This document shows positions 20,895-30,947 of a DNA stretch of 64,000 nucleotides, piece by piece. Positions within the stretch are counted from its first letter, which is position 1, and every line of letters starts with the position of its first letter. The notes under the pieces were generated by a model, which saw nothing but the letters and a program-made list of their open reading frames with translations, did not search any database and had not been told where the DNA came from. The translations under genes were made by a program, and so were the position numbers. The DNA is from Myxococcota bacterium (GTDB lineage: Bacteria > Myxococcota_A > UBA9160 > UBA6930), in NCBI GenBank assembly GCA_965223415.1, contig OZ245002.1:5256757-5320756 (forward strand), written 5' to 3'.

Positions 20895-22445
20895 TCAGAT
20901 GCCACGGGGGGCGTCGGGCTCGCGGTGGGCCTTGTGGCCTTCGAGGCGGTTGATGGCGTTCACGTAGGCGCGGCCGCTGGCGACGATGATGTCGGTATGG
21001 GCGCCGTGGCCGATCACCCGGCGTCCGTCCTCGGTGATGGTGACGGTCACCTCGCCCTGGGCGTCCATGCCGCCGGTGATCGCCTTCACCTGGTACTGGA
21101 GCAGCTCGGCCTTCGTGTCCGTGAGCTCGGTGATGGCCTTGAAGACCGCGTCCACCGGGCCGTCGCCCTGGGCGGTGGCCTTGCGGGCCTCGCCGTCGAC
21201 GATCAGCTCCACCGTGGCGTTGGGCGTAGCGAAGGTGCCGCTCTGGATCACCAGGTTGCCGAGCTGGAAGCGGCCGTCGTCGATCGTGACCGAATCGGCG
21301 ACGATGGCCTCGAGATCCTCGTTGTAGATGGTCTTCTTCTTGTCGGCCAGGTCCTTGAAGCGCCGGAAGGCCTTCTGGAACTCCTCGTCGGCGAGCTGGT
21401 AGCCCAGCTCCCCGAGCCGCTCCCGGAACGCGTGGCGCCCCGAGTGCTTCCCCAGCACCAGCTCGTTGGAGGGCCGGCCGATCGACTGGGGCGTCATGAT
21501 CTCGTAGGTGATCGCCGCCTTCAGAACGCCGTCCTGGTGGATGCCCGCCTCGTGGGCGAAGGCGTTGTCGCCGACGATCGCCTTGTTGGGCTGCACCGGG
21601 ATGCCGATGATGGACGAGAGCAAGCGGCTCGTCGGGTAGATCTCGGTCGTGCGGATCCCCGTGTCGAGCCCGTCGAAGGCGTCCTTGCGCACCTTCAGCG
21701 CCATCACCACCTCTTCCATGGCGGTGTTGCCGGCCCGCTCGCCGATGCCGTTCACCGTGCACTCCACCTGACGGGCGCCCGCTTGGATGGCCGCCAGGCT
21801 GTTCGCCGTGGCCAGCCCCAGATCGTTGTGGCAGTGCAGACTGAACACGACGTTCTCGCTGCCCGGGACGTGCTCGCGCAGGTAGCGGATCAGCTCGTGG
21901 TACTCGACCGGCGTGGTGTAGCCCACCGTGTCCGGCACGTTCAGGGTCGTCGCGCCGGCCTTCACCGCACAGCCGAACACCTGGACGAGATAGTCCCAGT
22001 CCGAGCGCGTGGCATCCTCGGCCGAGAACTCCACGTCGTCCGTGTACCGGAGGGCCTGGCGCACGGCCCGGTCCACCTCCTCCAGCACCTGCTCCCGGCC
22101 CATCTTGAGCTTGTGCTCCAGATGGATGTCGCTGGTCGCGATGAAGGTGTGGATGCGCGGGCGCCGCGCCTTCTCGAGGGCCTCGCCGGCGCGGGCCACG
22201 TCCGCCTCGGCGGTGCGGGCGAGGCTGCAGACCGAGGTCTGCTCCAACGCCTCCGCGATCGCCCGCACGGACTGGAAATCGCCCTCGCTGGCGATCGCGA
22301 AGCCCGCCTCGATGATGTCGACGCCCAGGCGCTCGAGCTGGCGGGCGAGGGTCACCTTCTCGTTCAGGTTCATGCTGCAGCCCGGCGCCTGCTCGCCGTC
22401 GCGCAGCGTGGTGTCGAAGATCCGGATTCGTTTGTCGTCGTTCAC
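20895..22445 (-). CDS. leuA: 2-isopropylmalate synthase (a citramalate synthase cannot be excluded)
   Basis: The GTG at 22445 has AGGAGG 9 nt upstream, in the frame of listed ORF 20895..22580. It gives (M)NDDKRIRIFDTTLRDGEQAPG..., then HCHNDLGLATANSLAA and a C-terminal LeuA-dimerisation-like domain. Confidence 0.92.
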   Translation of the reverse strand: MNDDKRIRIFDTTLRDGEQAPGCSMNLNEKVTLARQLERLGVDIIEAGFAIASEGDFQSVRAIAEALEQTSVCSLARTAEADVARAGEALEKARRPRIHTFIATSDIHLEHKLKMGREQVLEEVDRAVRQALRYTDDVEFSAEDATRSDWDYLVQVFGCAVKAGATTLNVPDTVGYTTPVEYHELIRYLREHVPGSENVVFSLHCHNDLGLATANSLAAIQAGARQVECTVNGIGERAGNTAMEEVVMALKVRKDAFDGLDTGIRTTEIYPTSRLLSSIIGIPVQPNKAIVGDNAFAHEAGIHQDGVLKAAITYEIMTPQSIGRPSNELVLGKHSGRHAFRERLGELGYQLADEEFQKAFRRFKDLADKKKTIYNEDLEAIVADSVTIDDGRFQLGNLVIQSGTFATPNATVELIVDGEARKATAQGDGPVDAVFKAITELTDTKAELLQYQVKAITGGMDAQGEVTVTITEDGRRVIGHGAHTDIIVASGRAYVNAINRLEGHKAHREPDAPRGI

Positions 22446-22483
22446 GAGGAGATCCCTCCTGAAGGCGGCTTGTCGTCGTTCAT
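22442..22483 (-). CDS. Putative 13-codon bridging uORF (MNDDKPPSGGISS) between pssA and leuA
   Basis: Its ATG at 22483 overlaps the pssA stop (ATGA). Its TGA at 22444-22442 overlaps the leuA GTG (GTGA). Its first 4-5 codons duplicate the leuA start, through the 13-nt direct repeat TGAACGACGACAA at 22432-22444 and 22470-22482. Confidence 0.3.
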   Translation of the reverse strand: MNDDKPPSGGISS

Positions 22484-23292
22484 GCCGACTCCTCCGGCTC
22501 CGCGGGCGGGATCTCCTCGAGGGCGCGCCCGGTCCGCCAGCGCCAGAGCCACTCGATCGGGCCCGAAGCCACATAGGCAATCCCGACCAGGAAGAAGGTG
22601 ACCGACGGCTTGGAGAGGATCACCGCCAGGGCCAGCACCATCAGCACTGTCGTCCCGTAGGAGCCATTGACCCGCAGGTCCTTGAAGCTGCGGTAGGGGA
22701 CCGGGCTCACCATGAGCACGCCGAGCAGCGCGATTCCCACGCCGGCCAGGGGCGCCGGCACGTCGAGGGGCAGCCCGCTCTCGCGCAGGAAACCCGCGAA
22801 CCACACCGAGGCCAGCACCATCCCCGCGGCGGAAGGCGTGGCGAGGCCCTCGAAGCGCCCGCGGTATCTCTCCGGCGTCACGTTGAAGCGCGCGAGGCGC
22901 AGCGCCGCGCAGGCGGCGTAGAGGAAAGCCAGCACCCAGCCGGTCCAGCCGAGCTGCTGGAGCGCGCCGGCCTGGTAGGCGAGCATCGCCGGCGCCACCC
23001 CGAAGGAGACCGTGTCGGCGATGGAGTCGTATTCGGCGCCGAAGCGGCTGGTGGCCCTGGCCATCCGCGCGACCCGCCCGTCGAGCACGTCGAAGATCCA
23101 GGCGATGAAGATGGCGAGGGCGGCCCGATCGAGATCCCCCCGAGCGGCGAGCGTGATCGACCAGAAGCCCGCCGCCAGGTTGCCGGTGGTAAAGAGCTGG
23201 GGGAGCAGCGCGACGCCGCGGTGGGGCTCACTCGCCCCCCGGCGACGGCGGCGGCGGCGGCGGCGTCGGACCGGAACCTCGGGCTCGCTCAT
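22480..23292 (-). CDS. pssA: CDP-diacylglycerol--serine O-phosphatidyltransferase
   Basis: The ATG at 23292 overlaps the psd stop (ATGA), in the frame of listed ORF 22480..23448. The CDP-alcohol phosphatidyltransferase motif is DVLDGRVARMARATSRFGAEYDSIADTVSFG (DGx2ARx8Gx3Dx3D). The N-terminus carries an R-rich stretch of 10 consecutive Arg. Confidence 0.9.
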   Translation of the reverse strand: MSEPEVPVRRRRRRRRRRGASEPHRGVALLPQLFTTGNLAAGFWSITLAARGDLDRAALAIFIAWIFDVLDGRVARMARATSRFGAEYDSIADTVSFGVAPAMLAYQAGALQQLGWTGWVLAFLYAACAALRLARFNVTPERYRGRFEGLATPSAAGMVLASVWFAGFLRESGLPLDVPAPLAGVGIALLGVLMVSPVPYRSFKDLRVNGSYGTTVLMVLALAVILSKPSVTFFLVGIAYVASGPIEWLWRWRTGRALEEIPPAEPEESA

Positions 23293-23975
23293 GCGCCTTC
23301 CCCCTCGTAGGCCAGCTCGGCGATCACCGTGCTGCCGCCCCGCACCCGCGCGCCCCGCTCCACCCGCGTCACGCTGCTGAGGGGCAGCACGACGTCCGTG
23401 CGGGAGCCGAAGCGGATCAGTCCGTAGCGTACGCCCCGCTCGAGCCACTCGCCGATCTCGGGCTGGCAGAGGATGCGCCGGGCGATCAGGCCGGTGATCT
23501 GCACCACGCCAACCCGCCGGCCGTCGGCCATCTCCAGGGTCATGGCGCAGCGGACGTTGCGGGTCTCTGCGTCCCGGTTGAAGGCCGCCAGGTAGGCATC
23601 GCCGGACCGCTCCAGGGAGACGACCCGGCCGGCCACCGGCGCACGGTTCACGTGAACGTTGAAGACCGAGAGGAAGATGCCGATGCGCAAGGCCTTTTCG
23701 CCGCCCGGCGTTTCGATCTCCCCGACCTCGAGGACGCGCCCGTCGGCGGGTGCCACGACCCGGTGCTCGCCCTCCGGGATGTCCCGGCCCGGGTTCCGGA
23801 AGAAGGCGGCGACGAAGAGCCCCAGGCCCCCGAACAGCCCCGCCACGAGCGCTGAGCCCGCGCCCCAGGCGAAGCCCGAGATCAGGAAGAGCGGGATCGC
23901 GAAGCGGTAGACGTCCGGCGCGAACCAGGCGGTCAGTCGCTCGTCGAAGCGCTGCGGCTCTGGCTGCGTCGTCAC
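23289..23975 (-). CDS. psd: Phosphatidylserine decarboxylase, short (Asd/archaetidylserine-decarboxylase-related) type
   Basis: The GTG at 23975 lies 1 nt after the ilvC stop, in the frame of listed ORF 23289..24089. ...GIFLSVFNVHVNRAPVAGRV... and FGSRTDVVLP (G-S-[ST]-type self-cleavage site region) are present. Confidence 0.88.
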   Translation of the reverse strand: MTTQPEPQRFDERLTAWFAPDVYRFAIPLFLISGFAWGAGSALVAGLFGGLGLFVAAFFRNPGRDIPEGEHRVVAPADGRVLEVGEIETPGGEKALRIGIFLSVFNVHVNRAPVAGRVVSLERSGDAYLAAFNRDAETRNVRCAMTLEMADGRRVGVVQITGLIARRILCQPEIGEWLERGVRYGLIRFGSRTDVVLPLSSVTRVERGARVRGGSTVIAELAYEGEGA

Positions 23976-23976
23976 G

Positions 23977-24999
<1,023 letters not shown>

Positions 25000-25124
25000 G
25001 GGGGTGGGTTCTCCGTGGGGGCGCAGCCGGGTGGAAGGGGCTCCGCCTACGCTCTCGTGCGTCCCGCCGGCCTTCCGCCTCCGGAACGACGCGCTTACGG
25101 GTCCTGGGCCGCGCCGAAGGGGCG

Positions 25125-25153
25125 AGGCTACGAAAGCCCCGGAGGGGTGTCAA
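25125..25153 (-). promoter_or_regulatory. Candidate sigma70-type promoter upstream of ilvC
   Basis: On the minus strand, a perfect -35 TTGACA (25153-25148), a 17-nt spacer, then TAGCCT (25130-25125). This would give a leader of about 120 nt before the ilvC ATG at 24999. Confidence 0.4.
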
Positions 25154-25179
25154 AACCGGCCTCGGAGCCAGCCCCCTGG

Positions 25180-25947
25180 TCAGACGAGGGCCTGTCCGGT
25201 GCGCTTCGCCTCGGCCTCGGCCCTGCGCAGGTAGCGGGGCAGGAGCTCGGCCGCGGACACCGCGTGGCCCGCGACAAAAGCCGCCAGGCCCAGCTCCGCG
25301 ACCCGCGCGGCCCGCGCCACCACGCCGGGCAGGAGCCGCAGCGAGGGGAGGCCCGCCTCGGCCAGCCTCGACGCAGCCGGGCCCGCGTCCTCACCGACCA
25401 CGATCGTCGTGTCCGCCGGGAGACGTGCCGCCAGCACCTCCGGATCGTAGACGCTCTCCTCCACCAGCGGCTCGCCCAGGGCGTCCGCACCGGACCAGGC
25501 GCCTGCGTACAGCTCGCCGCGGCGGGCGTCGAGCAGGGCGGCCACCGGGCCCGGCGCACCGCGGGCGGCCCGGGCCAGGGCCGCCAGGCTCGACACCGCC
25601 ACGACCGGCGGGCCGCCGCCCAGGGCGAGGCCCTTGGCGGTGGCGATGCCGATGCGCAGGCCCGTGAAGGAGCCGGGCCCGGCCGAGACCGCGATGGCGT
25701 CCAGGTCGTCCGGCGTGGCGCCCGCCTCGCCGAGCACCGCGTCGATCGTCGGCAGCAGCCGCTCCGAGTGCACCCGGGGGCCCTCGGTCGCCACCTCCGC
25801 CACGAGCCGCGGCCCGTCGGCGAGCGTCACGCCCATCACCCGCGTCGACGTCTCGATCGCGAGCAGCAAAGGGCCCTCACCGCGGGGCGGGGGGCGGTTC
25901 GAGCGGCCCGCCTCGGTGCGATGCCGCGGCCGGCCGCGCTCGGCCAT
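25180..25947 (-). CDS. tsaB: tRNA threonylcarbamoyladenosine biosynthesis protein TsaB (YeaZ)
   Basis: LLLAIETSTRVMGVTLADG...GPGSFTGLRIGIATAKGLAL is the TsaB/YeaZ pattern. The ATG at 25947 lies 3 nt after the rseP stop. A later TTG just before LLAIETS is an alternative start. Confidence 0.8.
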   Translation of the reverse strand: MAERGRPRHRTEAGRSNRPPPRGEGPLLLAIETSTRVMGVTLADGPRLVAEVATEGPRVHSERLLPTIDAVLGEAGATPDDLDAIAVSAGPGSFTGLRIGIATAKGLALGGGPPVVAVSSLAALARAARGAPGPVAALLDARRGELYAGAWSGADALGEPLVEESVYDPEVLAARLPADTTIVVGEDAGPAASRLAEAGLPSLRLLPGVVARAARVAELGLAAFVAGHAVSAAELLPRYLRRAEAEAKRTGQALV

Positions 25948-25950
25948 CGG

Positions 25951-27642
25951 CTAGAGCCCGCGCAGGAAGTCGAAGAAGGTGGACCAGTTGCGCGTGATGT
26001 CGTTCCAGAAGGCGAAGCCCATCAGCGCCACGAGCAGCACCAGGCCCACCTGCTGGACGAGCTCGCGGGTGCGCAGCGAGAGCGGCCCGCGCTTCACGCC
26101 CTCGACCAGGAAGATCAGCGCCTGGCCGCCGTCGAGGATCGGGATCGGCAGCAGGTTCAGGATGCCGAGGTTGATGCTGATCAGCATCAGCAGCTGGAGG
26201 TAGTGGTCCCAGCCCGCTTGGAAGGCCGAGTGGCTCTGCTTGGCGATCTCGATCGGTCCACCGATGGCCTTGCGGGAGATCTCGCCGGTCACGAGCTTGC
26301 GCAGCCCCTTCAGGAAGATCGACGTCACCTCGTAGGTCATCGCCACCGCCCGGGGGATCGAGCGGAGCGGATTGCGCAGCTGCTCCTCCTTCACCGCGCC
26401 GGGCAGCGCCGCGTTCGCTCCCTGGATGCCGATCAGGTACTCGTCGCGATCGAGGCCCTCGATCTGGGAGGGGCGCGCCTCGGGCTCGATCGCCGCACGG
26501 CGGATCTTCCCGGCGCGGGCGAACTCGATCGCGAGGCTGCGCCCGCCGCTGCCGAGCACGGTCTCCTGGAAGGTGAGGAAGCTCCCGATCGGCTGGCCGT
26601 CGACCGAGAGGATCAGGTCGCCGGCCTGGAGGCCGGCGCGAGCCGCGGGCAGCTCCGGCCGCACCGCCGCCACCAGCACGACGGCGGGCACCACGCCCAG
26701 CGCCTCGGTCCCGCCTCCCGGAACGCGGAGGTCGACCGTGGCCTCCTCGGCGTCGGGGCCCGGGCCCTTCGCGCGGGCCACCCGGATCGGCACGGCGTCG
26801 ATCCCGGCCCGAGCTGCCAGCGCGCGGGCGAAGCCGGCCCAGTCTTCCACCTCCACGTCCCCGACCTGCACGACGCGATCGCCAGCCCGGAGGCCCGCCC
26901 GCTCCGCCGGCGTATCGGGCCCCGCCAGCCCGAGCAGCGCCTTCTGCCGGCGGTGCTGGACGCCGAGCCATCCGATCTCCTTGTCCTCGCGGAAGACCCG
27001 GTCGATGCCGGGCCGGGTCTCGATCGGGACGTCCGCCTGGAACGGGTCCGTGCCCGCGCGCTCGACGTCGAGCCGCACCACCTCGCCGGGGTGGGCGCGC
27101 ACGTGGTCGTCGAGATCGTCCCACCAGGCCAGGGGCTCGCCGTTCAGCCCCACGATGCGGTCGCCGGGCTCGAGGCCCGCCCGCGCCGCCGGCGAGGCGG
27201 GCTCCACGGTCCCGATCACGCCGGCGGCCCGGTCGATGCCGACCCAGAGCGTGCCCATCAGCAGGAGCACGGGCAGCACCAGGTTCATCACCGGGCCGGC
27301 GAGCACGATCGCGAGCTTCTTCCACACCGGCTGGGCCGGGAGGCTGCGGGCCGGATCCCCCTGGGCCTCGGGGCTCTCCTCGTCGCCCGGGTTCTCGCCG
27401 AGCATCTTCACGAAGCCGCCCAGCGGGATCCACGCCACTACGTACTCGGTGCCGCTGCGCGTCCACTGCATGCGGAAGCGCCCGATGCCGATCGGCGGCC
27501 CGAACCCGATCGAGAACTTGAGCACGCGCACGCCGCTGAGCTTGGCCACGATGAAGTGGCCCCACTCGTGCACGGTGATCAGCACGCCGAGCATGAGGAC
27601 GAAGGCGAACAGGCCTTCGATGCCAGTGGCGATCTGGCTCAC
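25951..27642 (-). CDS. rseP: RIP metalloprotease RseP (M50 site-2 protease with PDZ domains)
   Basis: The GTG at 27642 overlaps the dxr stop (GTGA), in the frame of listed ORF 25951..27900. HEWGHFIVAK is the HExxH motif in TM1. PDZ-like segments contain PAARAGLEPGDRIV, PAERAGLRAGDRVV and AARAGLQAGDLILSVDG. The C-terminal part has NLLPIPILDGG. Confidence 0.9.
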   Translation of the reverse strand: MSQIATGIEGLFAFVLMLGVLITVHEWGHFIVAKLSGVRVLKFSIGFGPPIGIGRFRMQWTRSGTEYVVAWIPLGGFVKMLGENPGDEESPEAQGDPARSLPAQPVWKKLAIVLAGPVMNLVLPVLLLMGTLWVGIDRAAGVIGTVEPASPAARAGLEPGDRIVGLNGEPLAWWDDLDDHVRAHPGEVVRLDVERAGTDPFQADVPIETRPGIDRVFREDKEIGWLGVQHRRQKALLGLAGPDTPAERAGLRAGDRVVQVGDVEVEDWAGFARALAARAGIDAVPIRVARAKGPGPDAEEATVDLRVPGGGTEALGVVPAVVLVAAVRPELPAARAGLQAGDLILSVDGQPIGSFLTFQETVLGSGGRSLAIEFARAGKIRRAAIEPEARPSQIEGLDRDEYLIGIQGANAALPGAVKEEQLRNPLRSIPRAVAMTYEVTSIFLKGLRKLVTGEISRKAIGGPIEIAKQSHSAFQAGWDHYLQLLMLISINLGILNLLPIPILDGGQALIFLVEGVKRGPLSLRTRELVQQVGLVLLVALMGFAFWNDITRNWSTFFDFLRGL

Positions 27643-28847
27643 GGCTGCGTCTCCTCCAGCGCGGCCCGCGCCCGATCGCGGGCCCAGGCGTCGGCGGCCA
27701 AGACGTCGGCGAGACGCTCGACCGCCTCGCCCCGATGATCGGCCAGCCAGGCGTCGAGCACGAGGCCGCCCGTCCGGGCGATGTCGGGGAACCGCAGGCC
27801 CCCCTCCAGGAAGGCGGCCACCGCCACCTCGTTGGCCGCGTTCAGCACGGCCGGAGCGGCCTCGCCCCCCGCCAGGGCCCGGAACGCCTGCTCGAGGCAC
27901 GGGAAGCGCTTCGTGTCCGGGGTCTCGAAGTCGAGGCGTCCGGCGGCGGCCAGGTCGAGACGCGGCGTCGAGACCGGCAGGCGCTCGGGCCAGGAGAGCG
28001 CCAGGGCGATGGGCCCGCGCATGTCCGGCATGCCGAGCTGGGCCAGGACCGAGCCGTCAACGAACTCGACGAGGGAGTGCACGATCGACTGGGGATGCAC
28101 CACGACCCGGATGCGTTCGGGCGGCACGTCGAAGAGCCAGCGGGCCTCCACCACCTCCAGGCCCTTGTTCATCAGGCTGGCGGAATCGATGGTGATCTTC
28201 GGGCCCATGTCCCAGTTGGGGTGATCGAGGGCCTGCTCCACCGTGGCGGCGGCGATCTCCGGGGCGCTCCAGGTGCGGAACGGGCCGCCGGACGCGGTGA
28301 GGATCAGGGCGTCGACGTCCTGGGGACGCTGGCCCGCGAGGGCCTGGAAGATGGCGCTGTGCTCGCTGTCCACGGGCAGGAGCTCGACGCCGGCGCGCTC
28401 CACCTCGCGGCGCACGAGGGCGCCGGCCATCACCATCACCTCCTTGTTGGCGAGGGCGACGTCACGGCCGGCGCGGATGGCGGCGAGGGTGGGCTCGAGG
28501 CCGACGGCGCCGACCAGGCCGGCGACCACCAGGTCTGCCTCGTGCTGGGCGACGGCGACCAGGCCCGCGGGCCCGACGCCGATCTCGGGCGCGGGAACCC
28601 CGGCAGCCCGGAGACGCTCGCGCAGCTCGCCGGCGCCGGCCTCCTCGGCCACGGCGACCCGCCCGGGTCGGACCCGCTGCACCTGCTCGGCCAGGGCCTC
28701 GACGTTGCGCCCGGCCCCCAGCGCCGTCACCTGGAAGCGGTCCGGGAACTCGGCGGCCACCGAGAGGGTCTGCTCGCCGATGCTCCCGGTGCTGCCGAGC
28801 ACCGCGAGCCGCTTCACGAACGCGCTCCGCGGGGAGCGGCGAACCAC
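27639..28847 (-). CDS. dxr: 1-deoxy-D-xylulose 5-phosphate reductoisomerase
   Basis: KRLAVLGSTGSIGEQTL...LANKEVMV...LLPVDSEHSAIFQ is present. The start is either the GTG at 28847 (1 nt after the uppS stop) or the GTG at 28817. Confidence 0.93.
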   Translation of the reverse strand: MVRRSPRSAFVKRLAVLGSTGSIGEQTLSVAAEFPDRFQVTALGAGRNVEALAEQVQRVRPGRVAVAEEAGAGELRERLRAAGVPAPEIGVGPAGLVAVAQHEADLVVAGLVGAVGLEPTLAAIRAGRDVALANKEVMVMAGALVRREVERAGVELLPVDSEHSAIFQALAGQRPQDVDALILTASGGPFRTWSAPEIAAATVEQALDHPNWDMGPKITIDSASLMNKGLEVVEARWLFDVPPERIRVVVHPQSIVHSLVEFVDGSVLAQLGMPDMRGPIALALSWPERLPVSTPRLDLAAAGRLDFETPDTKRFPCLEQAFRALAGGEAAPAVLNAANEVAVAAFLEGGLRFPDIARTGGLVLDAWLADHRGEAVERLADVLAADAWARDRARAALEETQP

Positions 28848-28848
28848 C

Positions 28849-29589
28849 TCACGATTCCTCGCGGACCTGCGCGCTCGTCTGGCCGAAGCGCCGCTCCCGC
28901 CCCTGGAAATCGGCGATGGCGGCCTCGAGCTGCTCGCGGCCGAAGTCCGGCCACATGCAGGCGGTGGTGTGGATCTCGGCGTAGGCGATCTGCCAGAGCA
29001 GGAAGTTCGAGACGCGCTGCTCGTCGCCGGTGCGGATCAAGAGGTCCACGTCGGGCAGGTCCGGCAGGTCGAGGTGGGCGGCGAAGGTCTTCTCGTCGAG
29101 ACCGTCCGGATCGATGCGACCCGGCTCGTGCTCGCGCAGCAGGCGACGGGCCGCGTCCACGATCTCGGCCCGGCCCCCGTAGGACAGGGCGAAGACGAGC
29201 TGCAGCCCCGTGCCGTCCCGGGTGCGCTGCTTGGCGTTCTCGAGGGTGCGGCGCACGTTCGGCGGCAGCCGCTCCATCCGCCCGATGGTGCGGATGCGCG
29301 CGCCGCGCCGGATGACCTCGGGCAGGTCGAGCTCGAAGTACTCCTCCGGCAGGCGCATCAGCAGGTCCACTTCCTGCTTCGGCCGGTTCCAGTTCTCGGA
29401 GGAGAAGGCGTAGAGCGTCAGGTAGCCCACGCCCAGGTCGTCCGCCGCGCGGACCACCTTGCGCACGGCCTCGAGCCCGGCCCGGTGGCCCTCGGTACGC
29501 GGAAGCCCCTGCCGCTCGGCCCAGCGGCCGTTGCCGTCCATGATGACGGCGACGTGATGCGGGATCCTGGGGCTGCGCGGCTCGGCCAT
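28849..29589 (-). CDS. uppS: Isoprenyl transferase (undecaprenyl-diphosphate synthase)
   Basis: PHHVAVIMDGNGRWA...LTLYAFSSENWNRP...RTGDEQRVSNFLLWQIAYAE are the cis-prenyltransferase motifs. Confidence 0.93.
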   Translation of the reverse strand: MAEPRSPRIPHHVAVIMDGNGRWAERQGLPRTEGHRAGLEAVRKVVRAADDLGVGYLTLYAFSSENWNRPKQEVDLLMRLPEEYFELDLPEVIRRGARIRTIGRMERLPPNVRRTLENAKQRTRDGTGLQLVFALSYGGRAEIVDAARRLLREHEPGRIDPDGLDEKTFAAHLDLPDLPDVDLLIRTGDEQRVSNFLLWQIAYAEIHTTACMWPDFGREQLEAAIADFQGRERRFGQTSAQVREES

Positions 29590-29607
29590 GGGGTGGGTGC
29601 TCCGGGC

Positions 29608-30177
29608 TCAGACCTGGAGGATCTCCTCCTCCTTCTCCTGGGTCATGGTGTCGATCTTGCCGATGAACTGGTCGGTCAGGTCCTGAACCGTCTTCTCGGC
29701 GCGGCGTCGATCGTCGGCGGGGACGCTGCCCTCCCCCTCCAGGTCCTTGAGCATCGAGACCGCGCTGCGGCGGGCCTCGCGCACGCCGATCTTGTGCTCC
29801 TCGGCGGTCTTCTTGATCTGCTTCACGAGTTCCTTGCGACGTTCCTCGGTAAGTGGCGGAATTGGCAAGCGAATCACCTTGCCATCGTTACTCGGCGTGA
29901 GCCCCAGGTCCGCGGCCTGGATGGCCCGCTCGACGTCTCCCAGCGAGCCCTTGTCGAAGGGCGAGACGACGATCAGCCGCGGATCTGGAGCCGAGAGCGT
30001 CGCCAGCTGGTTCAGCGGCGTGGGCGTGCCGTAGTAGTCCACCTGGACACCCTCCAGCAGCGCCGGGTTCGCCCGGCCGGTGCGGACCTTCTGGAGCTCG
30101 GCGCCGAGGCTGCGGACGGCCCGGTCCATGTCGCCCTTGGCCTCGTCCAGCACGAGGGTCACTTCTTCGTCCGCCAT
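29608..30177 (-). CDS. frr: Ribosome recycling factor
   Basis: It is 189 aa. ...LLEGVQVDYYGTPTPLNQLATLSAPDPRLIVVSPFD...IRLPIPPLTEERRKELVK... Confidence 0.96.
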   Translation of the reverse strand: MADEEVTLVLDEAKGDMDRAVRSLGAELQKVRTGRANPALLEGVQVDYYGTPTPLNQLATLSAPDPRLIVVSPFDKGSLGDVERAIQAADLGLTPSNDGKVIRLPIPPLTEERRKELVKQIKKTAEEHKIGVREARRSAVSMLKDLEGEGSVPADDRRRAEKTVQDLTDQFIGKIDTMTQEKEEEILQV

Positions 30178-30193
30178 GCCGCGCTCTCCTCTC

Positions 30194-30916
30194 CTACCGA
30201 GATCCGTCCGAGATCACCGTTCCGATGGTCTCGCCCGCCACGACCTTCTGGATGTTGCCGGGGGCGGTCATGTCGAAGACCACGATCGGGACCGAGTTCT
30301 CCTTGCACAGGGCGATGGCCGCCTGGTCCATGAAGCCGAGCTGGCGCTGGATCACCTCGTCGAAGCTGAGCTGCTCGAAGCGCTCGGCCTTCGGGTCCTT
30401 CTCGGGATCGGCGGCGTACACGCCGTCGACCTTGGTGGCCTTGAGCAGCACGGCGGCGTGGACCTCCGCCGCGCGGAGCGCCGCCGCCGTGTCGGTGGTG
30501 AAGTAGGGGTTGCCCGTGCCGCCGGCGAAGATCACGATGCGGCCCTTCTCCAGGTGACGCATCGCGCGCCGTCGGATGTAGGGCTCGGCCATCTCCTGGA
30601 TCTCGAGGGCGGACAGCACCCGCGTATCGAGGCCCAGGTGCTCGAGGGCGTCCTGGAGGGCCACGCCGTTCATGATGCTCGCCATCATGCCCATGTAGTC
30701 GGCGGTGGAGCGATCCATGCCCTCACTCGCTGCCGTCACGCCGCGGATGATGTTGCCGCCACCGATCACGATCCCGATCTGGGTGTCGAGGGCGTGGACG
30801 TCGCGGATCTCCTCGGCCAGGCCGCGCAGGACGGCGGGCTGGATGCCGAAGCCGCTCTCTCCGGCGAGCACCTCACCGGAGAGCTTGAGCAGGATCCGCG
30901 GGTAGGCGGCGTTCAT
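30194..30916 (-). CDS. pyrH: UMP kinase
   Basis: [16 protein letters not shown]...[13 protein letters not shown]...[22 protein letters not shown]. Confidence 0.96.
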   Translation of the reverse strand: MNAAYPRILLKLSGEVLAGESGFGIQPAVLRGLAEEIRDVHALDTQIGIVIGGGNIIRGVTAASEGMDRSTADYMGMMASIMNGVALQDALEHLGLDTRVLSALEIQEMAEPYIRRRAMRHLEKGRIVIFAGGTGNPYFTTDTAAALRAAEVHAAVLLKATKVDGVYAADPEKDPKAERFEQLSFDEVIQRQLGFMDQAAIALCKENSVPIVVFDMTAPGNIQKVVAGETIGTVISDGSR

Positions 30917-30947
30917 TCCTTGGCACCCTCTCCCGGATCGAGCCGGG

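Noticed and set aside
25862-25947. An Arg/Pro-rich 27-aa N-terminal extension of TsaB, considered as evidence of a mis-called start or a fused leader.
   Set aside because: I cannot decide from sequence alone. GC3 stays high through the extension and the ATG sits 3 nt after the rseP stop, which suggests coupling. An internal TTG just before LLAIETS is equally compatible with typical TsaB N-termini. It is recorded as start-site uncertainty rather than a finding.
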